Shown: piece after piece, positions 31,823 to 41,809 of the stretch | Numbering within the stretch: the stretch's first letter is position 1 | How the letters are laid out: every line of letters begins with the position of its first letter | DNA from: an uncultured Collinsella sp. | GTDB lineage: Bacteria > Actinomycetota > Coriobacteriia > Coriobacteriales > Coriobacteriaceae | Length of the DNA stretch: 50,674 nucleotides | Reading direction: 5' to 3' | Assembly (NCBI GenBank): GCA_902475475.1 | Contig: CABRZY010000001.1 | Coordinates: forward strand, 1 to 50,674 | Notes under the pieces: generated by a model | What the model saw: only the letters and a program-made list of their open reading frames with translations | Databases searched by the model: none | What the model was told of the DNA's origin: nothing | Program-made: the position numbers and the translations under genes

Positions 31823-33217
31823 ATGACCCAGGAGACGGTTACGAACGGCACTGAAGCCCTGTTCACTCGCGAAGGCATGCCTCCCGTTAAGGAAATGATC
31901 CCGTGTGCCCTTCAGCACGTACTGGCATCGTTTGCCGGCATCATTACCCCGGCGGTCATCATGGCCGGCGTCTACGGCTTTAATAGCCAGCAGAGTACCG
32001 ACATCATCCAGGTCGCGCTCATTCTTTCGGCGATCGACACGGCCCTTCAGGCCTTCGCTCCCTTCCGTCGCATCGGCGGCGGCCTGCCCATCGTCATGGG
32101 CGTTTCGTTCGCGTTCCTGCCGGCCCTGCAGGCCATGGGTGCCTCGGGCTTTAGCTTTGGTGCGCTGCTGGGTGGCGAGATCGTCGGCGGCGCCGTCGCG
32201 GTCCTCTTTGGTCTGGCCTACAGCAAGATCAAGTGGCTGTTCCCGCCCGTCGTGACCGGTACGGTCATCTTCTCCATCGGCGTTTCGCTGTATCCCACGG
32301 CCGTCAAGTATATGGCCGGCGGTATGGGTACGCCGCTGTGGGGCACCCCGCAGGCCTGGTGCGTCGCTCTTATCACCTTCGCCGTGGTCTTTGCGCTCGC
32401 CAACTTTGGCAAGGGCACGCTCAAGCTGGGATCCGTGTTCTTTGGCATGATCGTTGGCATGATCGTCTCCATCCCCTTTGGCATGATCGACTTCTCCAGC
32501 GTTGCCACCGCTCAGGTCTTCGCCCTTCCCAAGCTCATGCCCTATGCGCTCGAGTTTGATCCCGAGGTCTGCATTACCCTCGCCGTCGTGTTCCCCATGG
32601 TTGCCATCCAGGTTATCGGTGACGTCTCCGCCGCCTGCCTGGGCTCCATCGACCGTATGCCCACCGAGCGCGAGCTCTCCGGCGCTATCGTGTCCCAGGG
32701 TCTCACCTCTATGGTCGGCGGCCTGCTGGGCGGTCTTCCCACCAGCGCCCTTGGCCAGAACGTGGGCATCATCTGCTCCAACAAGGTCGTCAACAAGTGG
32801 GTCTTTGTGATCATCGCGGCCGTCTTTGCCATCGCCGGTCTGTTCCCGCAGCTCTCTGCCGTCCTTTCCGCTATCCCGCAGCCCGTCATCGGCGGCGCGA
32901 CCGTCGGCGTCTTTGGCACCATCACCATGAACGGCGTGCGCATGTTCACCCGCGAGGGCCTTACGCAGCGCACTACCACCATCGTCGGTACCTCCGTCGT
33001 CTTTGGCCTGGGTATCTGGATGGCCAGCGGTTGCCTTGCCGGCGAGGGTATGCCCGCTTGGGTGTCCACCGTCATCGGCTCCAATGCCGTAACCCCCACC
33101 GCCATCATGGCCATTGTCCTTAACCTGATCCTTCCGCAAACGCCGGTCGTGGCTCAGCACATCGATGCTGCCAAGGACGCTGCCGTGGATCTGGTCTTGC
33201 CCGAGAGCAAGAAGTAA
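31823..33217 (+). CDS. NCS2/NAT xanthine-urate family permease
   Basis: TM1 LQH, FPPVVTG, QNVG signature, IPQPVIGG. Confidence 0.93.
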   Translation: MTQETVTNGTEALFTREGMPPVKEMIPCALQHVLASFAGIITPAVIMAGVYGFNSQQSTDIIQVALILSAIDTALQAFAPFRRIGGGLPIVMGVSFAFLPALQAMGASGFSFGALLGGEIVGGAVAVLFGLAYSKIKWLFPPVVTGTVIFSIGVSLYPTAVKYMAGGMGTPLWGTPQAWCVALITFAVVFALANFGKGTLKLGSVFFGMIVGMIVSIPFGMIDFSSVATAQVFALPKLMPYALEFDPEVCITLAVVFPMVAIQVIGDVSAACLGSIDRMPTERELSGAIVSQGLTSMVGGLLGGLPTSALGQNVGIICSNKVVNKWVFVIIAAVFAIAGLFPQLSAVLSAIPQPVIGGATVGVFGTITMNGVRMFTREGLTQRTTTIVGTSVVFGLGIWMASGCLAGEGMPAWVSTVIGSNAVTPTAIMAIVLNLILPQTPVVAQHIDAAKDAAVDLVLPESKK

Positions 33218-33412
33218 CCAATTCGGTGCTATTCGTCGGCGGACGCATCGCCTCGTCCGCCGACGCCATGCGGCGCCAAGCCGCACTTCAAAGGGTTTGT
33301 CCCTTTGGTGAAGCGTTGACGGGAGAGGGCCCGTTTCCGGTGTAGGCCGGCGCTTCGCACTCCGCCATGTCAGAGGTGTCAAACCCCGCCTCTGAGATTG
33401 AAGGGAGCATCC

Positions 33413-34768
33413 ATGCTTCTGGTCGCTAACGGTTCCGTCTTTACCCGCATCGCTCAGACCCCGTTCATTCCAAACGGTGCGGTCGCCATTGACGGAGATA
33501 CGATCGTCGAAGTGGGCCCCGAGCGCGAGCTCAAGGCCAAGTACCCGGATGCCGAGTACGTCGATGCCCAGGGCAACCTCATCATGCCCGGACTTATCAA
33601 CTGCCACACCCACATCTACTCGGGTCTGGCCCGCGGCCTTGCCATTAAGGGCTGCAACCCCACCAACTTCCTGGAGAATCTTGAGCAGCAGTGGTGGAAG
33701 ATCGACGACAACCTGACGCTCGACGGCACCAAGGCCAGCGCCTATGCCACGATTCTTGACTCCATCCGCGATGGCGTCACCACGATCTTCGATCACCATG
33801 CGAGCTTCTGCGAGATCCCGGGAAGCCTTTTTACCATTAAGGATGCAGCTCAGGAGCTGGGCATGCGTTCGTGCCTGTGCTACGAGGTCTCCGATCGCCG
33901 CGGTCAGGAAAAGTGCGACCAGGCCATTGCCGAGAACGCTGAGTTTGCCCAGTGGGCCGCCAAGGAGCGTCGCGATAACGACAACCACATGATCGCCGCC
34001 ATGTTTGGCGGACATGCTACCTTTACGCTTTCGGACGAGACCATGGATAAGATGGCCGAGGCCAACAACGGCCTGACCGGCTTCCACATCCATGTGTGCG
34101 AGGGCATGAACGACGTGTGGGACTCCCGCCTCAACCGCGGTGGCATCAGCCCCGTCGAGCGCCTGCTGCAGCACAACCTGCTGGGTCCCGACACCATGCT
34201 CGGCCACTGCATCCACGTGACGCCTGCCGAGATGGATATCGTCAAGGAGTCCGGCACTTGGCTGGTCAACAACCCCGAATCCAATATGGGCAACGCCGTG
34301 GGCTGCGCCCCCGTGCTCGAGTTCTTCCGCCGCGGCATTCCCGTGTGCATGGGTACCGACGCCTACACCCACGATATGCTCGAGAGCCTTAAGGTCTTCC
34401 TGATCATTCAGCGTCACAACGCCGCCATGCCCAACGTGGGCTGGTGTGAGGCCGTGACCATGCTGTTCGAGAACAACGCCAAGATGGCGAGCAAGTACTT
34501 CGATCGCAAGCTCGGTGTGCTCGAGGCCGGCGCTGCCGCCGACGTTATCGTTATGGACTACAAGCCCTTTACGCCGCTGAGCGAGGAGAATATCGACGGC
34601 CACATGCTCTTTGGCATGATGGGCAAAAACTGCCGCACCACCATCATCAACGGCCGCGTCCTGTACAAGGATCGCGAGTTCGTTGGCATTGATGAGGACA
34701 AGATCAACGCGTGGACCATGGCCGAGTCCAAGAAGCTCTGGAGCACGCTCAACGATCGCACCTACTAA
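33413..34768 (+). CDS. ssnA: Amidohydrolase SsnA
   Basis: PGLINCHTHIYS, DHHAS, HIHVCEG, NPESNMGNAVG, GTD; context next to ygfK and xdh. Confidence 0.9.
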   Translation: MLLVANGSVFTRIAQTPFIPNGAVAIDGDTIVEVGPERELKAKYPDAEYVDAQGNLIMPGLINCHTHIYSGLARGLAIKGCNPTNFLENLEQQWWKIDDNLTLDGTKASAYATILDSIRDGVTTIFDHHASFCEIPGSLFTIKDAAQELGMRSCLCYEVSDRRGQEKCDQAIAENAEFAQWAAKERRDNDNHMIAAMFGGHATFTLSDETMDKMAEANNGLTGFHIHVCEGMNDVWDSRLNRGGISPVERLLQHNLLGPDTMLGHCIHVTPAEMDIVKESGTWLVNNPESNMGNAVGCAPVLEFFRRGIPVCMGTDAYTHDMLESLKVFLIIQRHNAAMPNVGWCEAVTMLFENNAKMASKYFDRKLGVLEAGAAADVIVMDYKPFTPLSEENIDGHMLFGMMGKNCRTTIINGRVLYKDREFVGIDEDKINAWTMAESKKLWSTLNDRTY

Positions 34769-34917
34769 TTCACAAGTAGATTTGCGCGCGTCGGATGTTT
34801 CGCCGCATCCGACGCGCGTATAGGCGACCTCCGCGGGGTCGCCGGCGCTGTGCTAGCGCTACACCGTATTTGCGCCCGCCGCGCGGTCTCGCCGGGCGTT
34901 ACAGAGAGGAGCTCATT

Positions 34918-37917
34918 ATGAGCGACATCATGAGGCCGATCCCGTTTTCGCAGCTGATGAACTGGATCATCGAGGAGCACAAGACCCAGGGCGCCGTCTT
35001 TGGCGTGCGCAAGATGGTTACGACCAACCAGGAGGGCGCGCTTCCCATTTTTGACGAGCGCATCGAGACCCCGTTTGGCCCGGCCGCCGGCCCCAATACG
35101 CAGCTTGCCCAAAACATCGTGGCATCCTACGTGGCCGGTTCCCGCTTCTTTGAGCTCAAGACCGTTCAGGTTATGGACGGCGAGGAGCTCTCCAAGTGTG
35201 TGAACAAGCCCTGCATCGTGGCGCAGGACGAGTGCTACAACTGCGAGTGGTCGACCGAGCTCGAGGTTCCGCAGGCTTTTGCCGAGTACGTGAAGGCATG
35301 GTTCGCCTGCCACCTGATTGCCCGTGAGTATGGCCTGGGCAGCCCGGACGGCTTTGTCTTTAACATGTCGGTGGGCTATGACCTCGAGGGCATCAAGAGC
35401 CCCAAGGTCGACGCCTACATCGAGGGCATGAAGGACGCCAGCGGCTCTGACGTCTGGAACGAGTGCCGTGCCTGGGCGCTCGCCAACCTGGACAAGTTTG
35501 AGCATGTCGACGCCGCGTTTGTCGAGTCCATCCCGGCACGCGTTTCCAACTCCATCACCGAGTCCACCCTGCATGGCTGCCCGCCGGCGGAGATCGAGCG
35601 CATCGCGACCTATCTGATTACCGAGAAGGGTCTCAACACCTACATCAAGTGCAACCCCACGCTGCTGGGCTATGAGTTTGCCCGCCAGCGCCTCAACGAG
35701 CTGGGCTTTGACTACATCGTCTTCGATGACACGCACTTCCGCGAGGACCTGCAATGGGCCGATGCCGTGCCTATGTTCGAGCGCCTGATTGCCCTGTGCG
35801 CCGAGCGCGGCCTGGAGTTTGGCGTCAAGCTGACCAACACGTTCCCCGTCGACGTGACGAGGAACGAGCTGCCCTCCACCGAGATGTACATGTCCGGCCG
35901 TTCGCTGTTCTCGCTGACCATCGAGGCTGCCCGCCGCATTACCGAGCAGTTTGATGGCAAACTGCGCATAAGCTACTCCGGCGGTGCCACGGTCTACAAC
36001 ATCCGCGCCCTGTACGATGCCGGCATTTGGCCCGTCACCCTGGCGACCGACGTGCTCAAGCCTGGTGGCTACGAGCGCTTTAGCCAGATGGCCGGCGAGT
36101 TTACCGACCTGGATGGCAAGCCGTTCGCGGGCGTCTCGCTCGAGGCTGTGACTGCGATCCAGACCGACTCACTCACCAACCCGCTCTACAAGAAGCCGCT
36201 GCGTCCGTTGCCCGACCGCAAGGTCGCCGGCAAGAGCCCGCTTTCCGATTGCTTTACCACGCCGTGCCGCACGAGCTGCCCCATCCAGCAGGATATTCCC
36301 GCCTATCTGGCGGCTGTTGACGAGGGCCGCTACGAGGACGCGCTCAACATCATCATCGAGCGCAACGCTCTGCCGTTCATTACCGGCACCATCTGCCCGC
36401 ATCCCTGCGGCCGTGCCTGCGAGCGTGCGTTCTACGAGCCCGAGGGCGCCCAGATTCGCGCCAGCAAGCTCAAGGCCGCCCGCGAGGCCATGACCGCCGT
36501 GCTGCCCAAGCTGCGCGCCCAGGCCATCGCCAACGACGGCGAGCGCAACGTTGCCGTTATCGGCGGCGGCCCGGCCGGCCTGGCGACGGCGTTCTTCCTG
36601 ACGCGTGCCGGTGTGCCCGTCACCATCTTCGAGGCCCGCGACTCTCTCGGCGGCGTGGTCCGCCACGTGATCCCCGAGTTCCGCATCGCGAGCGACGATA
36701 TCTCCCACGATGCCGAGCTCTGCCTGGCCTTTGGCGCCAAGGTTCAGCTCAACGCCCGCGTGGAGTCCATCGACGAGCTCAAGGCCCAGGGCTTTACCGA
36801 CGTGGTCGTGGCCACCGGCGCCTGGATGCCCGGCTCTGCGGGCTTAGACGAGGGCGCCGAGCTCGACGTGCTGGAGTTCCTCGAGGCCGCCAAGAAGGGC
36901 GAGAAGCTCGAGCTGGGTGAGGACGTCGTGGTCATTGGCGCCGGCAACACCGCCATGGACGCGGCCCGCGTGGCCAAGCGCCTTGCCGGCGTGAAGAACG
37001 TGCGCCTGGTGTATCGCCGCACCAAGAAGCAGATGCCCGCCGACGAGGAAGAGCTCGATCTTGCTCTTGCCGACGGCGTTGAGTTCTGCGAGCTGCTGGG
37101 GCCCAAGGCACTCAACGGCGCTGTGCTGACCTGCGACGTTATGGAGCTTGGCGAGCCGGATGCAAGCGGCCGTCGTAGCCCCGTCGCCACGGGCGAGACC
37201 GTCGAGCTTCCCGCCACCACGGTGATCTGCGCCGTGGGCGAGGGCATCGATGCCAGCCTGTACGACGCCGCGGGTGTTGAGCACGACCGTCGCGGCCGCC
37301 TCGCCGCCACCTCCACCGGCGTCGAGGGCGTCTGGGCTGCAGGTGACTGCCGTCGCGGTCCGGCCACCGTGGTCGAGGCTATCGCCGATGCCGCCGAGGT
37401 CGCCCGTGCCATCGCCGGTGTGGACTTTAACAAGTACGCCGACTGCAACGAGCAGGCCGGCCGCGAAGACACCTGCTACGAGCGCAAGGGGTCGCTGTGC
37501 CGCGACAAGCGCAACTGCACCAAGACCCGCTGCCTGGGCTGCGGCTCGGTGTGCGAGGTCTGCTGCGACGTGTGCCCCAACCGCGCCAACGTTGCCATTA
37601 AGGTGCCGGGCCTGGCCAAGCATCAGGTCGTCCACGTCGATGGCATGTGCAACGAGTGCGGCAACTGCGCCGTGTTCTGCCCCTACCAGGAGGGTCGTCC
37701 CTACAAGGACAAGCTCACCCTGTTCTGGAGCGAGCAGGACATGGAGAACTCCGAGAACGAGGGCTTCCTGGCCGTGGACGAGGACCACTTTAAGGTTCGC
37801 GTCGCCGGCACGGTCCGCACCGTCTCGGTCGATGCCGTCAACACCGGTCTTCCCGAGGCCGTCCGCCTGACCATCAGGGCTGTGCGCGACAACTATTCGT
37901 ACCTTCTTAAGAAATAG
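34918..37917 (+). CDS. ygfK: YgfK Fe-S flavoprotein oxidoreductase
   Basis: MSDIMRP, GPAAGPNTQLAQN, KCNPTLLG, GGGPAG, GAGNTAMD, C-terminal ferredoxin motifs. Confidence 0.93.
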   Translation: MSDIMRPIPFSQLMNWIIEEHKTQGAVFGVRKMVTTNQEGALPIFDERIETPFGPAAGPNTQLAQNIVASYVAGSRFFELKTVQVMDGEELSKCVNKPCIVAQDECYNCEWSTELEVPQAFAEYVKAWFACHLIAREYGLGSPDGFVFNMSVGYDLEGIKSPKVDAYIEGMKDASGSDVWNECRAWALANLDKFEHVDAAFVESIPARVSNSITESTLHGCPPAEIERIATYLITEKGLNTYIKCNPTLLGYEFARQRLNELGFDYIVFDDTHFREDLQWADAVPMFERLIALCAERGLEFGVKLTNTFPVDVTRNELPSTEMYMSGRSLFSLTIEAARRITEQFDGKLRISYSGGATVYNIRALYDAGIWPVTLATDVLKPGGYERFSQMAGEFTDLDGKPFAGVSLEAVTAIQTDSLTNPLYKKPLRPLPDRKVAGKSPLSDCFTTPCRTSCPIQQDIPAYLAAVDEGRYEDALNIIIERNALPFITGTICPHPCGRACERAFYEPEGAQIRASKLKAAREAMTAVLPKLRAQAIANDGERNVAVIGGGPAGLATAFFLTRAGVPVTIFEARDSLGGVVRHVIPEFRIASDDISHDAELCLAFGAKVQLNARVESIDELKAQGFTDVVVATGAWMPGSAGLDEGAELDVLEFLEAAKKGEKLELGEDVVVIGAGNTAMDAARVAKRLAGVKNVRLVYRRTKKQMPADEEELDLALADGVEFCELLGPKALNGAVLTCDVMELGEPDASGRRSPVATGETVELPATTVICAVGEGIDASLYDAAGVEHDRRGRLAATSTGVEGVWAAGDCRRGPATVVEAIADAAEVARAIAGVDFNKYADCNEQAGREDTCYERKGSLCRDKRNCTKTRCLGCGSVCEVCCDVCPNRANVAIKVPGLAKHQVVHVDGMCNECGNCAVFCPYQEGRPYKDKLTLFWSEQDMENSENEGFLAVDEDHFKVRVAGTVRTVSVDAVNTGLPEAVRLTIRAVRDNYSYLLKK

Positions 37918-37928
37918 GCGAGTCTCTT

Positions 37929-38408
37929 ATGGCCAAATCCATTCAACATAACGTGGCCTACGTTGCCTGCGGAAGCGGTTGCGCCTCCGCAGGCGGCGAC
38001 GCCCGCTGCAGCGAAGGCTGCATTGGCTGTGGCGCCTGCGTCACGGCCTGCCCCCACGGCGCCATTGCGCTGGTCGATGGCATCGCCCGCGTGGATCGCT
38101 CCAAGTGCGCGGGCTGCGGCCTGTGCGGCATGGCGTGCCCGCAGCGCGTGATTGCCTTCGTTCCCGGCTACCAGAACATTCTGGTGCGCTGCAACAACAC
38201 CGATAAGGGCGCCATTGCGCGCAAGATCTGCGACACGAGCTGCATCGGTTGCGGTATGTGCGCCAAAAAGTGCCCTGCCGGCGCTATCCGCATCGAGGAC
38301 AACTGCGCCCATATCGACGGCGTGGACTGCCTGTCGTGCGGCATGTGCGCCGTCGTCTGCCCGCATGGCGCCATCCACGACCGCACCGGCATCGCCGCCG
38401 GCGTGTAG
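37929..38408 (+). CDS. Polyferredoxin (four CxxCxxCxxxCP motifs)
   Basis: CIGCGACVTACP, CAGCGLCGMACP, CIGCGMCAKKCP, CLSCGMCAVVCP. Confidence 0.9.
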   Translation: MAKSIQHNVAYVACGSGCASAGGDARCSEGCIGCGACVTACPHGAIALVDGIARVDRSKCAGCGLCGMACPQRVIAFVPGYQNILVRCNNTDKGAIARKICDTSCIGCGMCAKKCPAGAIRIEDNCAHIDGVDCLSCGMCAVVCPHGAIHDRTGIAAGV

Positions 38409-38420
38409 AAGGGAATCACC

Positions 38421-41198
38421 ATGGCACAGGAATTCACTTTTACCGTTAACGGTGTCGAGCACACGACGACGGAGAATAAACCACTGCTGCGCTATCTGCG
38501 CGACGACCTGCACATTCACTCCGCCAAGGACGGCTGCTCCGAGGGCGCCTGCGGCACCTGCACCATCCATGTGGACGGTGCGGCCGTCAAGGCGTGCGTG
38601 CTGACCACCGCTCTTGCCGCCGGCCGCAACATCGTGACCGTCGAGGGCCTGCCCGAGGACGTGCGCGAGGCCTTTGTGTACGCCTTTGGCGCCGTGGGCG
38701 CCGTGCAGTGCGGTTTTTGCATTCCCGGCATGGTCATGGCGGGTGCGGCGCTCATCGCCGAGGACCCCGAGCCCACCGAGGAGCAGATCAAGTACGCCAT
38801 TCGCGGTAACGTCTGTCGCTGCACCGGCTACAAAAAGATTATCGAGGGCATCTCGCTGGCCGCTGCGGTGCTCCGCGGCGAAAAGCAGATCGACGAGGAC
38901 CTGGAGCGCGGCGATGACTACGGCGTGGGCAAGCGCGCCTTCCGTATTGACGTGCGCAAGAAGGTGCTCGGCGAGGGCAAGTATCCCGACGATATCGACG
39001 AGCTCGATCAGCCGGGCCTGACCTATGCCAGCGCCGTGCGCTCCAAGTATCCGCGCGCCCGCGTGCTCTCCATCGACACCTCCAAGGCCGAGGCCCTGCC
39101 CGGTGTGGTGGGCATCCTGCGCGCCGAGGACGTGCCGGTCAACCAGGTCGGCCACCTTATCCAGGACTGGGACGTCATGATCGCTCAGGGCGATATCACC
39201 CGCTGCGTGGGCGATGCCATCGTGCTGGTGGTCGCCGAGGACGAGGCGACGCTCGAGAAGGCCAAGAAGCTCGTAAAGATTGACTACGAGCCGCTGGAGC
39301 CCGTGCGCAACATTGTCGAGGCCAGGGCCGCCGACGCTCCGCGCCTGCATGACAGCTTCTTTGCCTTTGGCAACACGGTGGAGCTCAAGGACAACGTGTG
39401 CCAGAGCCGCCACGTGACGCGCGGCGACGCCGCCAAGGCGCTGGCCGAAAGCGCGTTCACCGTGACGCAGCGCTTTACCACGCCCTTTACCGAGCATGCC
39501 TTCTTGGAGCCCGAGTGTGCCGTTGCCTTCCCGTACAAGAACGGCGTCAAGGTGCAGTCGACCGACCAGGGTGCCTATGATACGCGCAAAGAGTGTGCCC
39601 ACATGTTTGGCTGGGATAGCGAACCCGAGCGCGTGGTTGTAGAGACCATGCTCGTGGGTGGCGGCTTTGGCGGCAAGGAGGACGTGTCCATCCAGCACCT
39701 GGCCGCGCTCGCCGCCTATAAGTTCCAACGTCCTGTGAAGTGTAAGCTCACGCGTGCCGAGTCGCTCGCGTTCCATCCCAAGCGCCATGCCATGGACGGC
39801 ACCTTTACGCTGGGCTGCGACGCCGAGGGCAACTTTACCGGCCTAGACTGCGAGATCAACTTTGACACCGGCGCCTACGCGTCGCTGTGCGGCCCGGTGC
39901 TCGAGCGCGCCTGTACGCATGCCGTCGGCCCCTACAAGTACCAGAACACCGACATTCGCGGTTTTGGCTACTACACCAACAATCCGCCCGCCGGTGCGTA
40001 CCGTGGCTTTGGCGTCTGCCAGTCCGAGTTTGCGCTCGAGAGCTTGATTGACCTGCTGGCAGAGAAGGTCGGCCTGGATCCGTGGGAGATTCGTTACAGA
40101 AACGCCATCGAGCCGGGTGAGGTTCTGCCCAACGGCCAGATTGCCGACTGCTCCACGGCGCTTAAGGAGACGCTGCTCGAGGTCAAGGATGCCTACTACG
40201 CGCATCCCGGACACGCCGGTATCGCTTGCGCCATGAAGAACGCTGGTGTGGGCGTGGGCCTGCCCGATGCCGGTCGCTGCAAGATTCGCGTCGAGGATGG
40301 CCGCGCCGTGGTCTATGCCGCTACGTCCGACATCGGCCAGGGCTGCAACACGGTCTTTTTGCAGGACGTTGCCGAGGCCTGCGGTCTGCCGCTTCGCTGC
40401 ATCGCCAACGGCGAGTGCTCCACCGAGAATGCTCCCGACTCCGGCACCACGTCTGGTTCGCGTCAGACGGTCGTGACCGGCGAGGCCGTGCGCGGCGCCG
40501 CCTTCCTGCTGCGCGATGCCATGGTTGGCATCGAGGCCGGCAAGCCCGCGCCCGATGCTCCCGTGAGCGCGCATGGCGACGGCGTCAAGATCGAGTACGA
40601 TGACGGTCGCGCCTACCAGCTGCGCACGCAGGAGCTCGTCGCCGGCCAGGGTATGCATCCTCAGGATCCCGCGACCGCCATTAAGGCGCTCGAGGGATGC
40701 GAGTTTGGCTACGTGTACCTGGAGCCGACCGACAAACTGGGCGCGGATGTTCCCAACCCCAAGAGCCACATCTGCTACGGTTTTGCCACGCATGTGGTCA
40801 TTCTGGATGATGACGGTCGCGTGAGCGAGGTCTATGCCGTGCACGATTCCGGCAAGGTGGTCAACCCCATCTCCATCCAGGGTCAGATCGAAGGCGGCGT
40901 GCTCATGGGTATGGGCTATGCGCTTACCGAGGACTGGCCGCTCAAGGACTGCGTGCCCCAGGCAAGGTACGGTACGCTCGGGCTGTTCCGTGCGCCCGAG
41001 ATTCCGGATATCCACGCCATTTACGTGGAGAAGGACGAGCTGCTGCCTGTGGCATATGGCGGCAAGGGCATCGGCGAGATCGCAACGATCCCCACGGCGC
41101 CCGCCGTACAGAACGCTTACCGCGCGTTTGACGGCAAGCTGCGTCCCGATCTGCCCATGGTGGATACGCCCTACAGCCGCGCCCGCAACCGCGGGTAG
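38421..41198 (+). CDS. xdh: Selenium-dependent xanthine dehydrogenase-type molybdo-hydroxylase (fused 2Fe-2S and Mo domains)
   Basis: GCSEGACGTC, QCGFCIPG, CRCTGY, GGGFGGKE, AYRGFG, GKGIGE. Confidence 0.9.
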   Translation: MAQEFTFTVNGVEHTTTENKPLLRYLRDDLHIHSAKDGCSEGACGTCTIHVDGAAVKACVLTTALAAGRNIVTVEGLPEDVREAFVYAFGAVGAVQCGFCIPGMVMAGAALIAEDPEPTEEQIKYAIRGNVCRCTGYKKIIEGISLAAAVLRGEKQIDEDLERGDDYGVGKRAFRIDVRKKVLGEGKYPDDIDELDQPGLTYASAVRSKYPRARVLSIDTSKAEALPGVVGILRAEDVPVNQVGHLIQDWDVMIAQGDITRCVGDAIVLVVAEDEATLEKAKKLVKIDYEPLEPVRNIVEARAADAPRLHDSFFAFGNTVELKDNVCQSRHVTRGDAAKALAESAFTVTQRFTTPFTEHAFLEPECAVAFPYKNGVKVQSTDQGAYDTRKECAHMFGWDSEPERVVVETMLVGGGFGGKEDVSIQHLAALAAYKFQRPVKCKLTRAESLAFHPKRHAMDGTFTLGCDAEGNFTGLDCEINFDTGAYASLCGPVLERACTHAVGPYKYQNTDIRGFGYYTNNPPAGAYRGFGVCQSEFALESLIDLLAEKVGLDPWEIRYRNAIEPGEVLPNGQIADCSTALKETLLEVKDAYYAHPGHAGIACAMKNAGVGVGLPDAGRCKIRVEDGRAVVYAATSDIGQGCNTVFLQDVAEACGLPLRCIANGECSTENAPDSGTTSGSRQTVVTGEAVRGAAFLLRDAMVGIEAGKPAPDAPVSAHGDGVKIEYDDGRAYQLRTQELVAGQGMHPQDPATAIKALEGCEFGYVYLEPTDKLGADVPNPKSHICYGFATHVVILDDDGRVSEVYAVHDSGKVVNPISIQGQIEGGVLMGMGYALTEDWPLKDCVPQARYGTLGLFRAPEIPDIHAIYVEKDELLPVAYGGKGIGEIATIPTAPAVQNAYRAFDGKLRPDLPMVDTPYSRARNRG

Positions 41199-41318
41199 GG
41201 TAGGGCGCGGACGGTCATTGCTGACGAGCTGTTCGCGCTCAACATCAACTACATGTGCTGCGCCTTTGGCCCCGACTCCATCGCGAGCCGGGGCCCTTTG
41301 TTTGGAGTGCCTTCGCAT

Positions 41319-41767
41319 GCGGAAGCTGCGTCCCGGATTTGGCGCTCAGAATGGGATGCGCTTTCCCTTTGGAGCCCTCGGCGGAAATTACATCCCAGAA
41401 TTGGCACTCAGAACGGGATGTGCTTTCCTTTTTGGGCCCTCGGCGGAAACTACGTCCCGGAATCCAGTCCCGGAGTGGGATGCGCTTTCCTGATCGGCCC
41501 TCAACCGGAAGCTGTGTCCCGGAATCATGCCTCAGAATGGGATGCGTTTTCCGCTGGCCGGTCGTTTGGAAAGCGCATCCCAGTTTGAGCGTTTATTCCG
41601 GGATGCGGTTTCCGCTGAAGGACTCAACCGGAAAGCCTGTCCCGTTCCGAGGCTGGATTCCGGGACACGCTTTCCGCTAGGCCCGCCATACGGAAAGTGC
41701 ATCCCGTTTTGAGCGTCCAGGCTAGGACGCGCTTTCCGTTGGCGTGGTCGTTGGGAAAACGCGGCCC
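41319..41767. repeat. Array of eight 62-bp-period palindromic units
   Basis: GGAA starts at 41321, 41383, 41445, 41507, 41568, 41630, 41692 and 41754. Unit = GGAAAGCGCATCCC-like arm, 18-nt loop, GGGATGCGCTTTCC arm, ~16-nt linker. The last unit is partial. Confidence 0.92.
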
Positions 41768-41809
41768 AGATAGGGGAATGCGATCTGGCGATGCGTGGCC
41801 TAGCAGCTC

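Noticed and set aside
38421..41198. Selenocysteine codon in xdh
   Set aside because: No in-frame TGA; this enzyme class uses a labile Se cofactor.
41319..41767. 62-bp array as a CRISPR array
   Set aside because: Repeats are degenerate, the variable parts are only 16-18 nt and resemble each other, orientation flips mid-array, and there are no cas genes in the window.
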